From Candidatus Liptonbacteria bacterium (GTDB taxonomy: Bacteria > Patescibacteriota > Minisyncoccia > UBA6257 > 2-01-FULL-56-20), in the NCBI GenBank assembly GCA_016194445.1, contig JACQBP010000040.1, positions 20,402 to 84,401 on the forward strand: a stretch of DNA of 64,000 nucleotides, given 5' to 3'. The notes beneath the pieces are model-generated. The model did not search any database. It had not been told where the DNA came from and saw nothing but the letters and a program-made list of their open reading frames with translations. The translations under genes were made by a program, and so were the position numbers. This document shows, piece after piece, positions 9,082-18,982 of this stretch; within the stretch, counting starts at the first letter, position 1; every line of letters starts with the position of its first letter.

Positions 9082-10074
9082 TTAAAGAAGAGCGTCTGAC
9101 GCTTGAGAGTACTTTCTCATGACAAATTTTCGGCGAGCATAACGAAGAGCTGGAGAAAAAATAAAGAGGGGTAAAAAGAAAGTGATAACTGAGTTGGCAT
9201 AATAAGTAAGATTGTTTCGGGTAAGGGCTCTTTTTCTTTTAAGCCAATCGATCGCGTTTTTCTTATCTTTGACAATAAGCGCTCCGATGTATCCTTTGGT
9301 CAACCAAACACTTCTCTGATTTTTGATTTGAGACAAGAGATCGGAAAGCTGGATTCCGACATATTTTTTCTTAACTTCAGTTTCTAGCCAGTCGAATATT
9401 TTAATATTGGTCTCGGCGGTTTCGATGAGATAGGAGCCTTGGAAAGAGAGATTTTCCCGATGAAATCTCAAGTGGCCGAGGATTTTATTAAGATACTGAA
9501 ATCTGGCCCCTTTGAGAATAAGCTTGAGCCAAATAATGTGATCGTCGGCGCGGCGGAAACTTTCATCGAAACAGTCGATCACTTTTTCTTTTTTTATGAA
9601 GGTTCCCAGAAAATTAATAAAATTGTGCGCAATAAGATTTTCTAAGTTAACTTCAGGGAAGTAGTGGAGATCAAAGCTAAGAAAATGAGCGGGTCTTTCG
9701 GTTTCGAAATATCGAATGTCTCCGTAATACACATCGTAGCCGCTTTGGATGTTGGCAACTAAAGTCTCACAAGCTTGGGGCAAGAGAATGTTGTCCGCGT
9801 CTAAAAAACTCACCCATTGCCCGTGAGAAGATAGGAGCCCATTTTTCCTGGCGGCGGACTGCCCTCGGTTAACCTGTGAAAGGGATCGGCAATTTTGATG
9901 ACGAGATTCATACCGCTTGATTATTTCGGCGGTTTTATCGGTTGAACCATCATTGATTACAATCACTTCGATATTGGAGTAGGTTTGATTGAACGCCGAA
10001 GAAAGGGTGGCCTCGAGAAATGGCTCGGCATTATAAGCTGGGATGATGATAGATATGAGAGGTTGCTTATTCAT
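9082..10074 (-). CDS. GT2 glycosyltransferase
   Basis: ISIIIPAYN, NDGSTD, FLDADN. Confidence 0.92.
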   Translation of the reverse strand: MNKQPLISIIIPAYNAEPFLEATLSSAFNQTYSNIEVIVINDGSTDKTAEIIKRYESRHQNCRSLSQVNRGQSAARKNGLLSSHGQWVSFLDADNILLPQACETLVANIQSGYDVYYGDIRYFETERPAHFLSFDLHYFPEVNLENLIAHNFINFLGTFIKKEKVIDCFDESFRRADDHIIWLKLILKGARFQYLNKILGHLRFHRENLSFQGSYLIETAETNIKIFDWLETEVKKKYVGIQLSDLLSQIKNQRSVWLTKGYIGALIVKDKKNAIDWLKRKRALTRNNLTYYANSVITFFLPLFIFSPALRYARRKFVMRKYSQASDALL

Positions 10075-11117
10075 GGAGAGATCCCAATCTTTTTGAATAA
10101 AGTTTTAAATCTTATTTTGTAGGTATGGTCTTGGAGAGTTCTCTGGTAAGCGGACTGGGCAATGGCTTCTCTTTCTTTGTCGTGCGATAGATAATATCTG
10201 ATTTTTTCGATAAGGTCACGCAGAGAGGTGTAGAATATCATTTCCTCACCTTCCGCATAGGATTGTTTTATATCATCAGAGAGACCAGAGATAACAAAAG
10301 CTCGACAACCGGCAAGTTCGAAGGGGCGGGCATGGGTGTGGGGAATAGCAAAGTGGAGATAAGCCTGGAGGTTGTTCAAGAGATGGAAATCTAGCTTTAA
10401 CTTATCGATGGATTTTTTAAAGAAAAGGCGGGCGATGACTTTAGGGGAAAGGCGGCTAGGACGGACATTGAGGTTGAGGTTAATTTTACTGCGAGAAAAA
10501 ATCTCGAGCATCTTTTCTTGAGAAATTCTGCCGCTCGGCCAACCATAACCAAAAGTTTGGACTTTTAAGCCAGCAGCTTCTAGGGTTTGGATAATTTTAC
10601 CGCGGGGAGTTTTAAATTGACCGATAAAACTTATATCGATATCTTTTTTAAGATCGAGGGGTTGATAAAGGGAGTCGTTACAGGCCCATTGGGAGGGGAT
10701 GACGTTTTCAAAACCTTGCTTACGGTACCAAGCGATGGCTTTTGAATAAGTAGTGATAACCCAGCTGAAATAGGGCGGCCAAGTTTTAGAATAGTTCCAG
10801 AAGCGCCAATAGTCGTCGGCGAACCAAGCGACACTTTTAGTTTTATGTTTGATTTTAAGAAGAAAATTAGGGTCAAGCTCGTTGGTATACATAAAAGCGA
10901 AAAAGAGATCGGGTTTTTCCTTTTCCACTAAAGCCAGAAGTTCTTCATTAAATTTTCGTTTACCGACTTCCAAGATGCGATCAAAGGGATGTTCAATAAC
11001 TTGGAGGCCGGGCATATTTTTTAGAGTAAGGTAAAAATTATTATACTCGAAACTTAGGCCACGATGGGGTTGATAGTTTTCTCTTTGAAGACCGGAGTAG
11101 ATGACCTTAAGAGACAT
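10071..11117 (-). CDS. CgeB/Glyco_trans_1_2-family glycosyltransferase
   Basis: DISFIG, SKINLN, RPFELAGC, YYLSH..ERE.IA..HTY..R. Confidence 0.85.
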   Translation of the reverse strand: MSLKVIYSGLQRENYQPHRGLSFEYNNFYLTLKNMPGLQVIEHPFDRILEVGKRKFNEELLALVEKEKPDLFFAFMYTNELDPNFLLKIKHKTKSVAWFADDYWRFWNYSKTWPPYFSWVITTYSKAIAWYRKQGFENVIPSQWACNDSLYQPLDLKKDIDISFIGQFKTPRGKIIQTLEAAGLKVQTFGYGWPSGRISQEKMLEIFSRSKINLNLNVRPSRLSPKVIARLFFKKSIDKLKLDFHLLNNLQAYLHFAIPHTHARPFELAGCRAFVISGLSDDIKQSYAEGEEMIFYTSLRDLIEKIRYYLSHDKEREAIAQSAYQRTLQDHTYKIRFKTLFKKIGISP

Positions 11118-11128
11118 ACTGGAAAAAA

Positions 11129-11962
11129 TTAAAAAGTTTTGAGATTTAGAGGGGTGATCGATGGCAATGAATACTGATGAGTTTTTAAATCAAACTCTTG
11201 ATAGCCAAGAGGGTTGCAAAGATTGACTAGCTTTCCCCAATCTTTTTCAGAAAGATTCTTAGCGAGTACGATATAGCCCCGGAGTAATGGGCTAGTGGAA
11301 CCAGCGGCGGAGGGAGGATACGCTGGAAATAAGATATGATAGTTGTCATTTAGGGTAGGCTCAATAAAGCTTAAATCATTTTTCAAAATTTTCTTCCCTT
11401 CGTAGTATATATCATATTCGAACCAGGGTTTCCCGGGAACCTCAAAATCGTCAATCATAATAACGGCTCGAGGAAGAGATTGGAGTTCATTTAACTCGTC
11501 AAGAATAGGCCAGTAATCGTACCAATGAGCATCGAGGAAGACTAGGGGAAAATTACCGAGGCAAGAAGTCTGGATAAGTTTATGAAGCGCTTTCGGAGAA
11601 GAATCCTTGAGTAAGACAATGTTTTTTGAAGAAAGGAAACGTCGCGCACTTTCTCGATAATATTCTCTTGAGAGTTCGATAGTGTAAATAGAAAGAGCTG
11701 GGAAGATTTTTGATAAGTAAAGAGTGGTGTCACCGAGAAAGGTGCCAGTTTCAACACAAGAAGTAAGAGGAAGGTTTTTGAAGACTTCAACTAAAGCCTG
11801 CCATTTTTTGTCGCCATGAAAAGGTTCGCCGTATTTTTTAAGCGAGGGGGGGGTAAGAAATCTGGCAGCGCGCGCCGGAAAATGTTTGGTTGCCCGACCA
11901 ATTTTGAAGATCAAAGGAGAATGGAAACGTAAAAACTTTTTAAGTGGAGCGGTTATTTTCAT
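11129..11962 (-). CDS. SAM-methyltransferase-like protein (start revised to ATG 11962)
   Basis: VETGTFLG, IYTIELS, FLDAHW, IMIDD. The longer upstream ORF overlaps the divergent wzx start. Confidence 0.7.
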   Translation of the reverse strand: MKITAPLKKFLRFHSPLIFKIGRATKHFPARAARFLTPPSLKKYGEPFHGDKKWQALVEVFKNLPLTSCVETGTFLGDTTLYLSKIFPALSIYTIELSREYYRESARRFLSSKNIVLLKDSSPKALHKLIQTSCLGNFPLVFLDAHWYDYWPILDELNELQSLPRAVIMIDDFEVPGKPWFEYDIYYEGKKILKNDLSFIEPTLNDNYHILFPAYPPSAAGSTSPLLRGYIVLAKNLSEKDWGKLVNLCNPLGYQEFDLKTHQYSLPSITPLNLKTF

Positions 11963-12134
11963 AAAACTAATAATATTCTCTAATCTTAGAAAAGGAAAGT
12001 CTTGAGAGGGGTGGTGAACGAAGAATGGATAAGAAGCGAAGGATTTTAGACTCGGTGGTTGATCATCGGCTTTCCTATCTGTTAATATGAAATGGGTGAT
12101 ATTTTTGAATTTGGTTTGAACTAATCCACCGAAC

Positions 12135-13616
12135 ATGATTAAAAAGATTAGAAGCTTTCTTTTCTTTAACAAGAATCTACGCCAAACTGTTGCTAAAAAC
12201 ACCTTTTGGCTAAGCGTGTCGAATGTAGTGGGTAAAAGCCTTCGCGCAATTATTATAATTTACGCTGCGCGAGTGTTGGGCGCCGAAGGATACGGGGTTT
12301 TTTCCTACGCATTCGGATTTTCAGCTTTTATAATGGGATTTAGCGACTTAGGGATTACCGGCATATTGAACCGTGAACTTTCAAAGGGACTGGGTCGAGA
12401 GAAAAAAATTATCGCGACAAGTTTTTTTTTAAAACTAATCCTTTCTGCTTTAACCTATACTATTACGCTCGTGGCCGCCTTCACGGTGATGCCGATTGCG
12501 GCCGCAAGAATAGTGGTGTTGATCTTAAGTTTTTCGCTTTTTTTAGATGGTTTACGAGAATTCGGGTTTGGTATTACCCGCTCGTTTCAAAAAATGGAAA
12601 TTGAGGCGGGGGTAACGATAGTTTATCAATTAGGTAGCGTGATAGTCGGGCTGATTGTTTTTGTTATTTGGAAAACACCTTTAGCACTAGCGGCGGCGTA
12701 TCTTTTTGGAAGCTTTTTGGGATTAGTGCTAATTATAAGGTATCTCAAGGAGTACTTTCGGAATATGAGAGAAGGGTATGATTCGAGTTTAGTAAAATCT
12801 ATCCTTCGAGACGCTTGGCCATTTGCTATAACAGCCTTTGGAAATTTGATCCTTCTTTACACTGATACTATTTTAATCGGATGGTTAAGAGCGGAAGCGG
12901 ATGTGGGCTACTACAGCGCGGCTTCTAAGATTATCCAACTTTTAAATATGGCGCCGAGTCTTTTTATTTTAGCCCTTTTTCCGGCGCTGACCCAGAAAAT
13001 TATGGCCAAAGAGGCGAAATCTATAATCGAAAAATCACTGGCTTTGCTTGTATTAATTGGGCTCCCAATAGCCATCGGAGGATTTTTAATACCGGGATTT
13101 ATAATTGGTCTTGTTTTCGGAAAAGAATACGCACTCACGGTGCCGATTTTTAGAATTTTAATTCTCACTACTATTGTCAGCTTTCCTTCCGCGGTCGTAG
13201 CCTATTCCCTTTTGGCTCACAATAAACAGTCGAAGGTGGTTAAATATGTGTTGGGATCAGCGGCTTTGAATTTAGCGTTGAACTATTTATTGATTCGAAG
13301 ATTGGGAAATCCGGGAGCGGCTCTGGCCACGTTGATTGCACAAACCATTACTTTTTTAGGTATGTTTTACGAACTTAATAAATTAGAAAAAATTTTTACG
13401 ATAAAGCCTTTCTGGCGGATTATAGCGAGCACAACGGTGATGACAATGGTGATCTTGGTTTTGAAAGTGGCGGGTGGGCCGCTACCGCTTGTTTTTGGAC
13501 TGGCTTTATTATCGTATTTGGGAGCGCTTAAAATTTTCAGAGAGCCATTACTTGGAGAAATTTTTGATCCTTTTAAAAAACTGATTGAAAATTTGAAAGG
13601 GAGATCTGTATTGTGA
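12135..13616 (+). CDS. wzx: Wzx flippase (polysaccharide export)
   Basis: VAKNT, ARVLGAEGYG, DLG, D.ILIG..VGYYSAA; many TM segments. Confidence 0.9.
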   Translation: MIKKIRSFLFFNKNLRQTVAKNTFWLSVSNVVGKSLRAIIIIYAARVLGAEGYGVFSYAFGFSAFIMGFSDLGITGILNRELSKGLGREKKIIATSFFLKLILSALTYTITLVAAFTVMPIAAARIVVLILSFSLFLDGLREFGFGITRSFQKMEIEAGVTIVYQLGSVIVGLIVFVIWKTPLALAAAYLFGSFLGLVLIIRYLKEYFRNMREGYDSSLVKSILRDAWPFAITAFGNLILLYTDTILIGWLRAEADVGYYSAASKIIQLLNMAPSLFILALFPALTQKIMAKEAKSIIEKSLALLVLIGLPIAIGGFLIPGFIIGLVFGKEYALTVPIFRILILTTIVSFPSAVVAYSLLAHNKQSKVVKYVLGSAALNLALNYLLIRRLGNPGAALATLIAQTITFLGMFYELNKLEKIFTIKPFWRIIASTTVMTMVILVLKVAGGPLPLVFGLALLSYLGALKIFREPLLGEIFDPFKKLIENLKGRSVL

Positions 13617-13620
13617 TATC

Positions 13621-14037
13621 ATGACAGATATGAACATGGTTACTTCGTTTTTACTTTTACTCGCTGCTCTGATTACTGCGACAGGACAAATATTAATGAA
13701 AAAAGGATCGCAGGTATTGCAGAAAACACTGACGCTTGTGGCACCGGATCAGTTAGGTGGGGGGTGGTTGAAGAAAATTTTCACGATCACCTTTGAGCCG
13801 CATGTTTTAATAGCATTTACACTATATTTTTTGGGGTCATTTCTATGGTTAAAAATTTTAACCCGGGGAAATTTGGGTTCTCTTTATCCTATACTGATCG
13901 GCATGACCATTTTGATCACAAGCGTCGCTTCAGTATTTATTTTTAAAGAAACATTCACGATTGTGAAAATGGCGGGGGTTATTTTTATCATTTTAGGAGT
14001 GACATTACTTTTAAATTTTGGAATCCAGCACAACTAG
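13621..14037 (+). CDS. SMR/EamA-like small membrane protein (ArnE/F-like)
   Basis: GQILMKKG, LYP, IFKE...GVIFIILGV. Confidence 0.75.
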   Translation: MTDMNMVTSFLLLLAALITATGQILMKKGSQVLQKTLTLVAPDQLGGGWLKKIFTITFEPHVLIAFTLYFLGSFLWLKILTRGNLGSLYPILIGMTILITSVASVFIFKETFTIVKMAGVIFIILGVTLLLNFGIQHN

Positions 14038-14096
14038 ATTTCTCTTTGTGAACCCGCCACCACATTTTACAGTCTCAGAATCGAGGTCTTATATTT

Positions 14097-14834
14097 TCAA
14101 AGGCGAGGTTTCCTGTAGGATGGGGTAAAATAAATACGCCAGATGAGTTTACTGATAGTGCTCGCGACAAGCAGAAAGTTTTTTAGACTCAAGGCCTTGG
14201 CTTTTCCTCCCTCTCTTTTTTGCAAGCGCGTTTCCACTTCTTCGTAGGAGACGCCGGATTTTATAAGCTCGATTAAAATCTCAGACATAAAGGCGAACCC
14301 AGGTGTCCACCGGGGCAACTGCAGTAAAAGATCACGACGGATAAGACACGCACCATTTAAATAATGTAGCTTAAGACCGAAGAGAATATTGAGTATAACA
14401 ACATAACTACGAGAAATAATCTGTCGCGAGCGGGACCTTATTTCAGCATTTGTCGGATAAGAAATGATAAGATCAGTAACACCAAGTTTCTTAACGACAT
14501 TGATGAGTGTTTGTCCGGACTCTTCGTTATCGCCTGGGACCATCATCACATACTTTCCGCGAGCTTTCTCCACGCCCTGCCGGAAGGCGCCGCCGATATT
14601 ATACGGCTTTTGATTGTGAATAGCGGTGATTTTTGGGAATTCGCTTTTCCGAACCGCGTTATCCATCAGGGCGCCGGTGCGATCGCTGCTTCCATCATTC
14701 ACAAGAATAAGCTCGCACGGCGTTTTAAGCTCGCGAGCTACTTTTTGGATGACGGTTTGGATGGTCGCTTCGATAGCCTGCTCCTCGTTCAAGGCCGGAA
14801 TAATAATGGAAAGTTGGAGTGGAGAATCTGTCAT
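14097..14834 (-). CDS. GT2, polyprenol-phosphate glycosyltransferase-like
   Basis: IIIPALNEE, NDGSSD.T, GGAFRQG, R.GG..K. Confidence 0.85.
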   Translation of the reverse strand: MTDSPLQLSIIIPALNEEQAIEATIQTVIQKVARELKTPCELILVNDGSSDRTGALMDNAVRKSEFPKITAIHNQKPYNIGGAFRQGVEKARGKYVMMVPGDNEESGQTLINVVKKLGVTDLIISYPTNAEIRSRSRQIISRSYVVILNILFGLKLHYLNGACLIRRDLLLQLPRWTPGFAFMSEILIELIKSGVSYEEVETRLQKREGGKAKALSLKNFLLVASTISKLIWRIYFTPSYRKPRL

Positions 14835-15298
14835 TTGGGTTTCGAACTCAACCAGGCAAGAAGATCCCGAAAATCTTCTTTATGATTAAAAGCTAAATCC
14901 ATTTTTAAAATATCCGGAACAGGTAAATAAGAAATTTTTTGTCCTTCGGTATGATAAGTGGTGGCCAGGGATAGATTCGCCAAGGCGTAAAAAACAAAAT
15001 TGTGGTTATACCAAGTAAATTGAGAGTCATGAGAAATCCAGAAGTAGTCTCGGAAAAATCTAATTTTTTGAAGATTAACACCGAGTTCTTCTTTGACCTC
15101 GCGGACGACGGTGACTTCGGGATCTTCAAGCACTTCTAGGGCGCCGGAGATGGGAGTCCATTTACCAGGTTCTCTGGTTGCACTGACCGTCCTTAATTGC
15201 ATTAAAAATTCTCCGTTTGAGTTTTCCAGGTAAATTGACACACCCCGAGCTAGCTTGGGTTCTTTTTTAAAAAAATCCTCGTCTTGGTTAAAAACCAT
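14831..15298 (-). CDS. NUDIX hydrolase
   Basis: PGKW..ISG..E..EDPEVTVVREVKEELG. Confidence 0.85.
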   Translation of the reverse strand: MVFNQDEDFFKKEPKLARGVSIYLENSNGEFLMQLRTVSATREPGKWTPISGALEVLEDPEVTVVREVKEELGVNLQKIRFFRDYFWISHDSQFTWYNHNFVFYALANLSLATTYHTEGQKISYLPVPDILKMDLAFNHKEDFRDLLAWLSSKPK

Positions 15299-15350
15299 GA
15301 GAATGATTATACTCCGGAAAATATTAAATCATAGGTTATAGTCCGCCGCC

Positions 15351-15380
15351 AAAAAAAGAGCCCCTAAAAGGCGGCTCTTT
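15351..15380 (-). terminator. Rho-independent terminator of the radical SAM gene
   Basis: Minus strand: aaagagccgccttttaggggctcttttttt. Confidence 0.75.
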
Positions 15381-15410
15381 GATGGGTCCACTTTTTAGGG
15401 TGGACGACTT

Positions 15411-17294
15411 TCAGACTGAAGGCATACTGCCTAAGAACTGGCCGGGTCTTTCGCCCCGGAGTAGAGGCTTAGCGGGTTTTTTCCTCATAAAACGCTTCCA
15501 AACATCGAGCCGCAAGGTTTCGAGGAAGAATGCCCACGTTTCGCGCCTACTTTGGTGCATCGGGTAGACTCGTTTCTGGTGCATGTAGATCTTGGAGGCC
15601 GTATAGAGCCACTGATAAACTCGGGTGACCCAACGGAAAGGTATTTCGGCGAACACGTAGACGATGAGTCTACTGAGCGGTTTCGACAACCACCGCATGA
15701 AGCGGTTCCGACTCCCCGAGAACAAGATACAGACAGTTCCGAGGAGGGCCAGATTTTCCATAACCGTTTTCTCGCGTTCAGTGAAACACCCGACGAGAGG
15801 AGACCGATTTTGGTAGCTGGCGTGTAGAGCGCCGTAGTCGCCGTCAAAGTACCCTTTGCGAATGAGGTATTGGGTGACCTCGGTTCGAGGGTACGGACAA
15901 AGTGTCCCGAATTCGCCAAAGCTAGTGTGTAGGTCGGTAGTGTAGAGCACCGATTGGCGGTCGTAGTCAAGCTGGCTACGGTGTAAGTCGGTTTGCCGGA
16001 GGCGATTTAAGATGAGTTGCCGGCAGGGCAATCCGTCTGGGTTGCTGAATTGGCTACGGATCTCTCGAATGACCTGCCCTAAGTCAACACTCTTTCTCCT
16101 CACCGGTTTGAAGTGTTGCGACTCTTCAACGATCTCCGCCACCTTCTCGTCGAAATCTCGGTCAAGCAGACTCGGGATTTTTGGAGCAGGAATAGCCAGG
16201 ATAGTGTTGGAAAAAGTGCAAATACCCAGCTCCTCGGCGGCTCGGAAGCCTCCCTGGATTTCCTCGTCTGACATGTCGCGGGCAATAATGTGATCCCGAA
16301 TGAAAGAATTGCCCGACTCGATTGACATGGTTAGAGAGAAGATGCCGGCTTGCTTCAGAAGTGGCAGGGCCCAAGGATTTTTCATAACCAGGTCGCATCG
16401 GACTAGGCAGTGAAAGGGCAGACCGACTTGCCTTGGGTAAATCTCGGCAAATTTCTCTAACCACTCACGATCTGGAGGGAAAATGGGAAAGACGTCGTCG
16501 TAGTGCTTGATGAAGCGAGTGGGCCAATCCCTCTTCAGCTTCGCCAGCTCGTCACAATAACGTTCGGGCGAGTATCGTTGGAGGATGTTGCCCTTCCCCC
16601 CATACATTGCATTGAAGTCGTGTTCAAAGCAGTAGGTACAGCGGAATGGACAACCGCGCCCAGCCATGTGCGTTCGTTTGAAGCGCTGGCCGAAAAGCGT
16701 GGTTTGATAAACCAGTTCGCGGTCGAGGTAGGGCAGATCGTCCAGGTTGCTTTTCCGATCCGCATAGAAATCCGGAGTGACATAGGTTTCGGTGTGCGGT
16801 TTCCCGGAGGGATCGATGACGGAAAGTTGTTTTAACACCCGACCACAGTTTCTCTTCGTGATCATGTTCGGGATTTCGTCGATACGGCCAGACCCTTCTT
16901 CGAAAGCATCGAGGAAAGCCGGCCAGGCGTCATCGCATTCAAGAAATCCAATGGCGTCCAGACAAGGTTCTTCGGCGATCACTCCCGGATAGGAGCTGCA
17001 ATAAGGACCACCTAAAACCGTCATCACGCTTGAGCCCATTTTGCTTTTGATGGCGCGCATGATATCGATGTAGGCTCGGTGAGAACCAGTGATGGCACTC
17101 GCTGCCACGATGTTCGGCTTTAGTTCTTCAACAACCCGCATGATGTCATCGCGCTCAAGGAGAGCGAGATGACAAGTCCTCCAGGGAGCGTTTTGTTTCG
17201 TTAGCGCAGAGAGGAGCATGAGGTTCATAGGTTCGGTCATGTCTCCGTCGTCTCGCATAATCCACAAAACACGCGTTTCGCTTTTAAGCGGCAT
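15411..17294 (-). CDS. B12-binding-domain radical SAM protein
   Basis: N-terminal LSAL..LGGP..E.D cobalamin-binding-like domain; GRGCPFRCTYC; DDVF; IESG. Own promoter (TTGCTA-16-TAACCT, 17336-17363) and AAGGAGG SD. Confidence 0.88.
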   Translation of the reverse strand: MPLKSETRVLWIMRDDGDMTEPMNLMLLSALTKQNAPWRTCHLALLERDDIMRVVEELKPNIVAASAITGSHRAYIDIMRAIKSKMGSSVMTVLGGPYCSSYPGVIAEEPCLDAIGFLECDDAWPAFLDAFEEGSGRIDEIPNMITKRNCGRVLKQLSVIDPSGKPHTETYVTPDFYADRKSNLDDLPYLDRELVYQTTLFGQRFKRTHMAGRGCPFRCTYCFEHDFNAMYGGKGNILQRYSPERYCDELAKLKRDWPTRFIKHYDDVFPIFPPDREWLEKFAEIYPRQVGLPFHCLVRCDLVMKNPWALPLLKQAGIFSLTMSIESGNSFIRDHIIARDMSDEEIQGGFRAAEELGICTFSNTILAIPAPKIPSLLDRDFDEKVAEIVEESQHFKPVRRKSVDLGQVIREIRSQFSNPDGLPCRQLILNRLRQTDLHRSQLDYDRQSVLYTTDLHTSFGEFGTLCPYPRTEVTQYLIRKGYFDGDYGALHASYQNRSPLVGCFTEREKTVMENLALLGTVCILFSGSRNRFMRWLSKPLSRLIVYVFAEIPFRWVTRVYQWLYTASKIYMHQKRVYPMHQSRRETWAFFLETLRLDVWKRFMRKKPAKPLLRGERPGQFLGSMPSV

Positions 17295-17369
17295 AAGTTT
17301 TCCTCCTTATTTTCAGTTAACAAACAGCTAGTGGAAGGTTAACACAAGCCAGAGAAATAGCAAGTAAAA

Positions 17370-17885
17370 TTAGGGCTGCTCCGAAGATGGAAAAGTCCGA
17401 CAAATTTTTTGGATGATATCGGTAGAATGTGCTAACTCTAAAACAAATTCAACTTTTCCACCGTATGATTCTACTAAGTTTTTATCTAATACGAATCCGG
17501 AAGTGGGATGGGTTTGATACTCCGCACCTTTCACCAAAAAATGAGGCTGCACTGCCTCGATGATCTGGCGGGGACCATAATCATCATTGATAATAACGAA
17601 ATCAACCATCTCGAGTGCGGCGATCCACATTGATCTTAGATTTTGATCGAAAATAGGCCGGTTTGGCCCCTTCCGAACATAGTGGTCACCGACAAGAACA
17701 ACGTAGAGAATATCGCCCTTACTTTTGGCGCGCCAAAAGTAATCAATATGGCCCGGGTGGACAAGATCGAAAACGCCATCACATTGAACCAGCACCTGAC
17801 CTTCTTTTTTAAGTTCCCGAGCTAAGGCGATAAAATCTGCGGGAGTTTTTATTTTTGAGTTAGCTCTTTGATTAACAAAACTCAT
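17370..17885 (-). CDS. Stand-alone cytidylyltransferase-family protein (RfaE domain II-like)
   Basis: GVFDLVHPGH, KGPNRP, VKGAEY, STDII. Confidence 0.88.
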   Translation of the reverse strand: MSFVNQRANSKIKTPADFIALARELKKEGQVLVQCDGVFDLVHPGHIDYFWRAKSKGDILYVVLVGDHYVRKGPNRPIFDQNLRSMWIAALEMVDFVIINDDYGPRQIIEAVQPHFLVKGAEYQTHPTSGFVLDKNLVESYGGKVEFVLELAHSTDIIQKICRTFPSSEQP

Positions 17886-17931
17886 ATCAGCCTTTAAAAG
17901 TTAGCGCGCGGGACGGCGTAACCGCGCTGAC

Positions 17932-18924
17932 TTATACATCTCCGGGAAGTTTCGCCATAAGTTTAAGGATGTCGGCCGTGTCTTCTCCTCTTCCTTCCTG
18001 TGAACTTTTGAAGGCTTCCATGTCAATGTGGTGGACATTCTCGGGAAAAGGAAATTTACGTTCTTTCACCTCTTTTACGTATTGAGAGAATACATCAAGA
18101 ATAACCTGCCCCGCAGTTTTATTCCCGACATCTGATTGGTAGTGTTTGATATATTTTGGCACAGGTCGGGTACCCCAGTCGTAGAAATCAATGGGATCGT
18201 GACCAATTAGAAGTTGCCCATCAGTAAAGCGTCCCGATCCGATACCGTAGACGGGGATTTTGAGCTCGTGATGGATGATTCCAGCAACTTCTTCGGTGAC
18301 GCCCTCGAGAAGAATCGCGAAGGCTCCGGCGTGTTCAAGCGCCTTGGCGGTTTTCAATAATTCCATGGTACTTTCTACGGTTTTCCCTTGGATGCGATGC
18401 CCCCCCATCTCATGAATTTTTTGGGGATTTAAGCCCAAGTGCCCCATGACAAGCACCTCCGCGTTCGCGATCGCCTCAAAGCGAGGAAGAAGCTTCATGC
18501 TCGCCTCACACTTCACCGCAGCACACTTCGCTTCTTTAATAAATCTTACAGCGTTGCGCACCGCATCTTCGTTAGACGCTTGATAGGCGCCCAAGGGCAT
18601 ATCCCCGACCGTAAATACTGGCCCAGCGCCGCGCACGGCGGCGGAGGCAAAAACAATCATCTCGTCCATGGTGACGGGAAGGGTGTTCCCATATCCCAAA
18701 ACTGTCATGCCAAGAGAGTCGCCGACGATAATAACATCGACGCCCGCTTTCGCCGCGGTCCTGGCAAAGGGATAATCATAGATACTCAAGGCCGCCACTG
18801 GAATCCCTTTTTCTTTCATATTCTGAAGGGTCGTGACTTTGACGTCGGAGCGTGGCTTTTTTGGAGACACCTCGAGTTGGGCCGCTGGTTGTGGTGAGTG
18901 CGCGGGATCAATAAGATCTGGCAT
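17932..18924 (-). CDS. panB: 3-methyl-2-oxobutanoate hydroxymethyltransferase
   Basis: YDY, VGDSLGM, VTMDEM, GDMP, AVKCE, GHLGLNPQ, QGK, GIGSG..DGQ. Confidence 0.9.
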   Translation of the reverse strand: MPDLIDPAHSPQPAAQLEVSPKKPRSDVKVTTLQNMKEKGIPVAALSIYDYPFARTAAKAGVDVIIVGDSLGMTVLGYGNTLPVTMDEMIVFASAAVRGAGPVFTVGDMPLGAYQASNEDAVRNAVRFIKEAKCAAVKCEASMKLLPRFEAIANAEVLVMGHLGLNPQKIHEMGGHRIQGKTVESTMELLKTAKALEHAGAFAILLEGVTEEVAGIIHHELKIPVYGIGSGRFTDGQLLIGHDPIDFYDWGTRPVPKYIKHYQSDVGNKTAGQVILDVFSQYVKEVKERKFPFPENVHHIDMEAFKSSQEGRGEDTADILKLMAKLPGDV

Positions 18925-18982
18925 AATTTTAAACGATAGGCTATTAGCAGGAAAAGGTCAATCTTGGAATTTGATCTCCAAA

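Noticed and set aside
15485-16992. Many antisense and alternative-frame ORFs over the radical SAM gene and other genes
   Set aside because: Shadow ORFs of well-supported genes, with no motifs or initiation signals.
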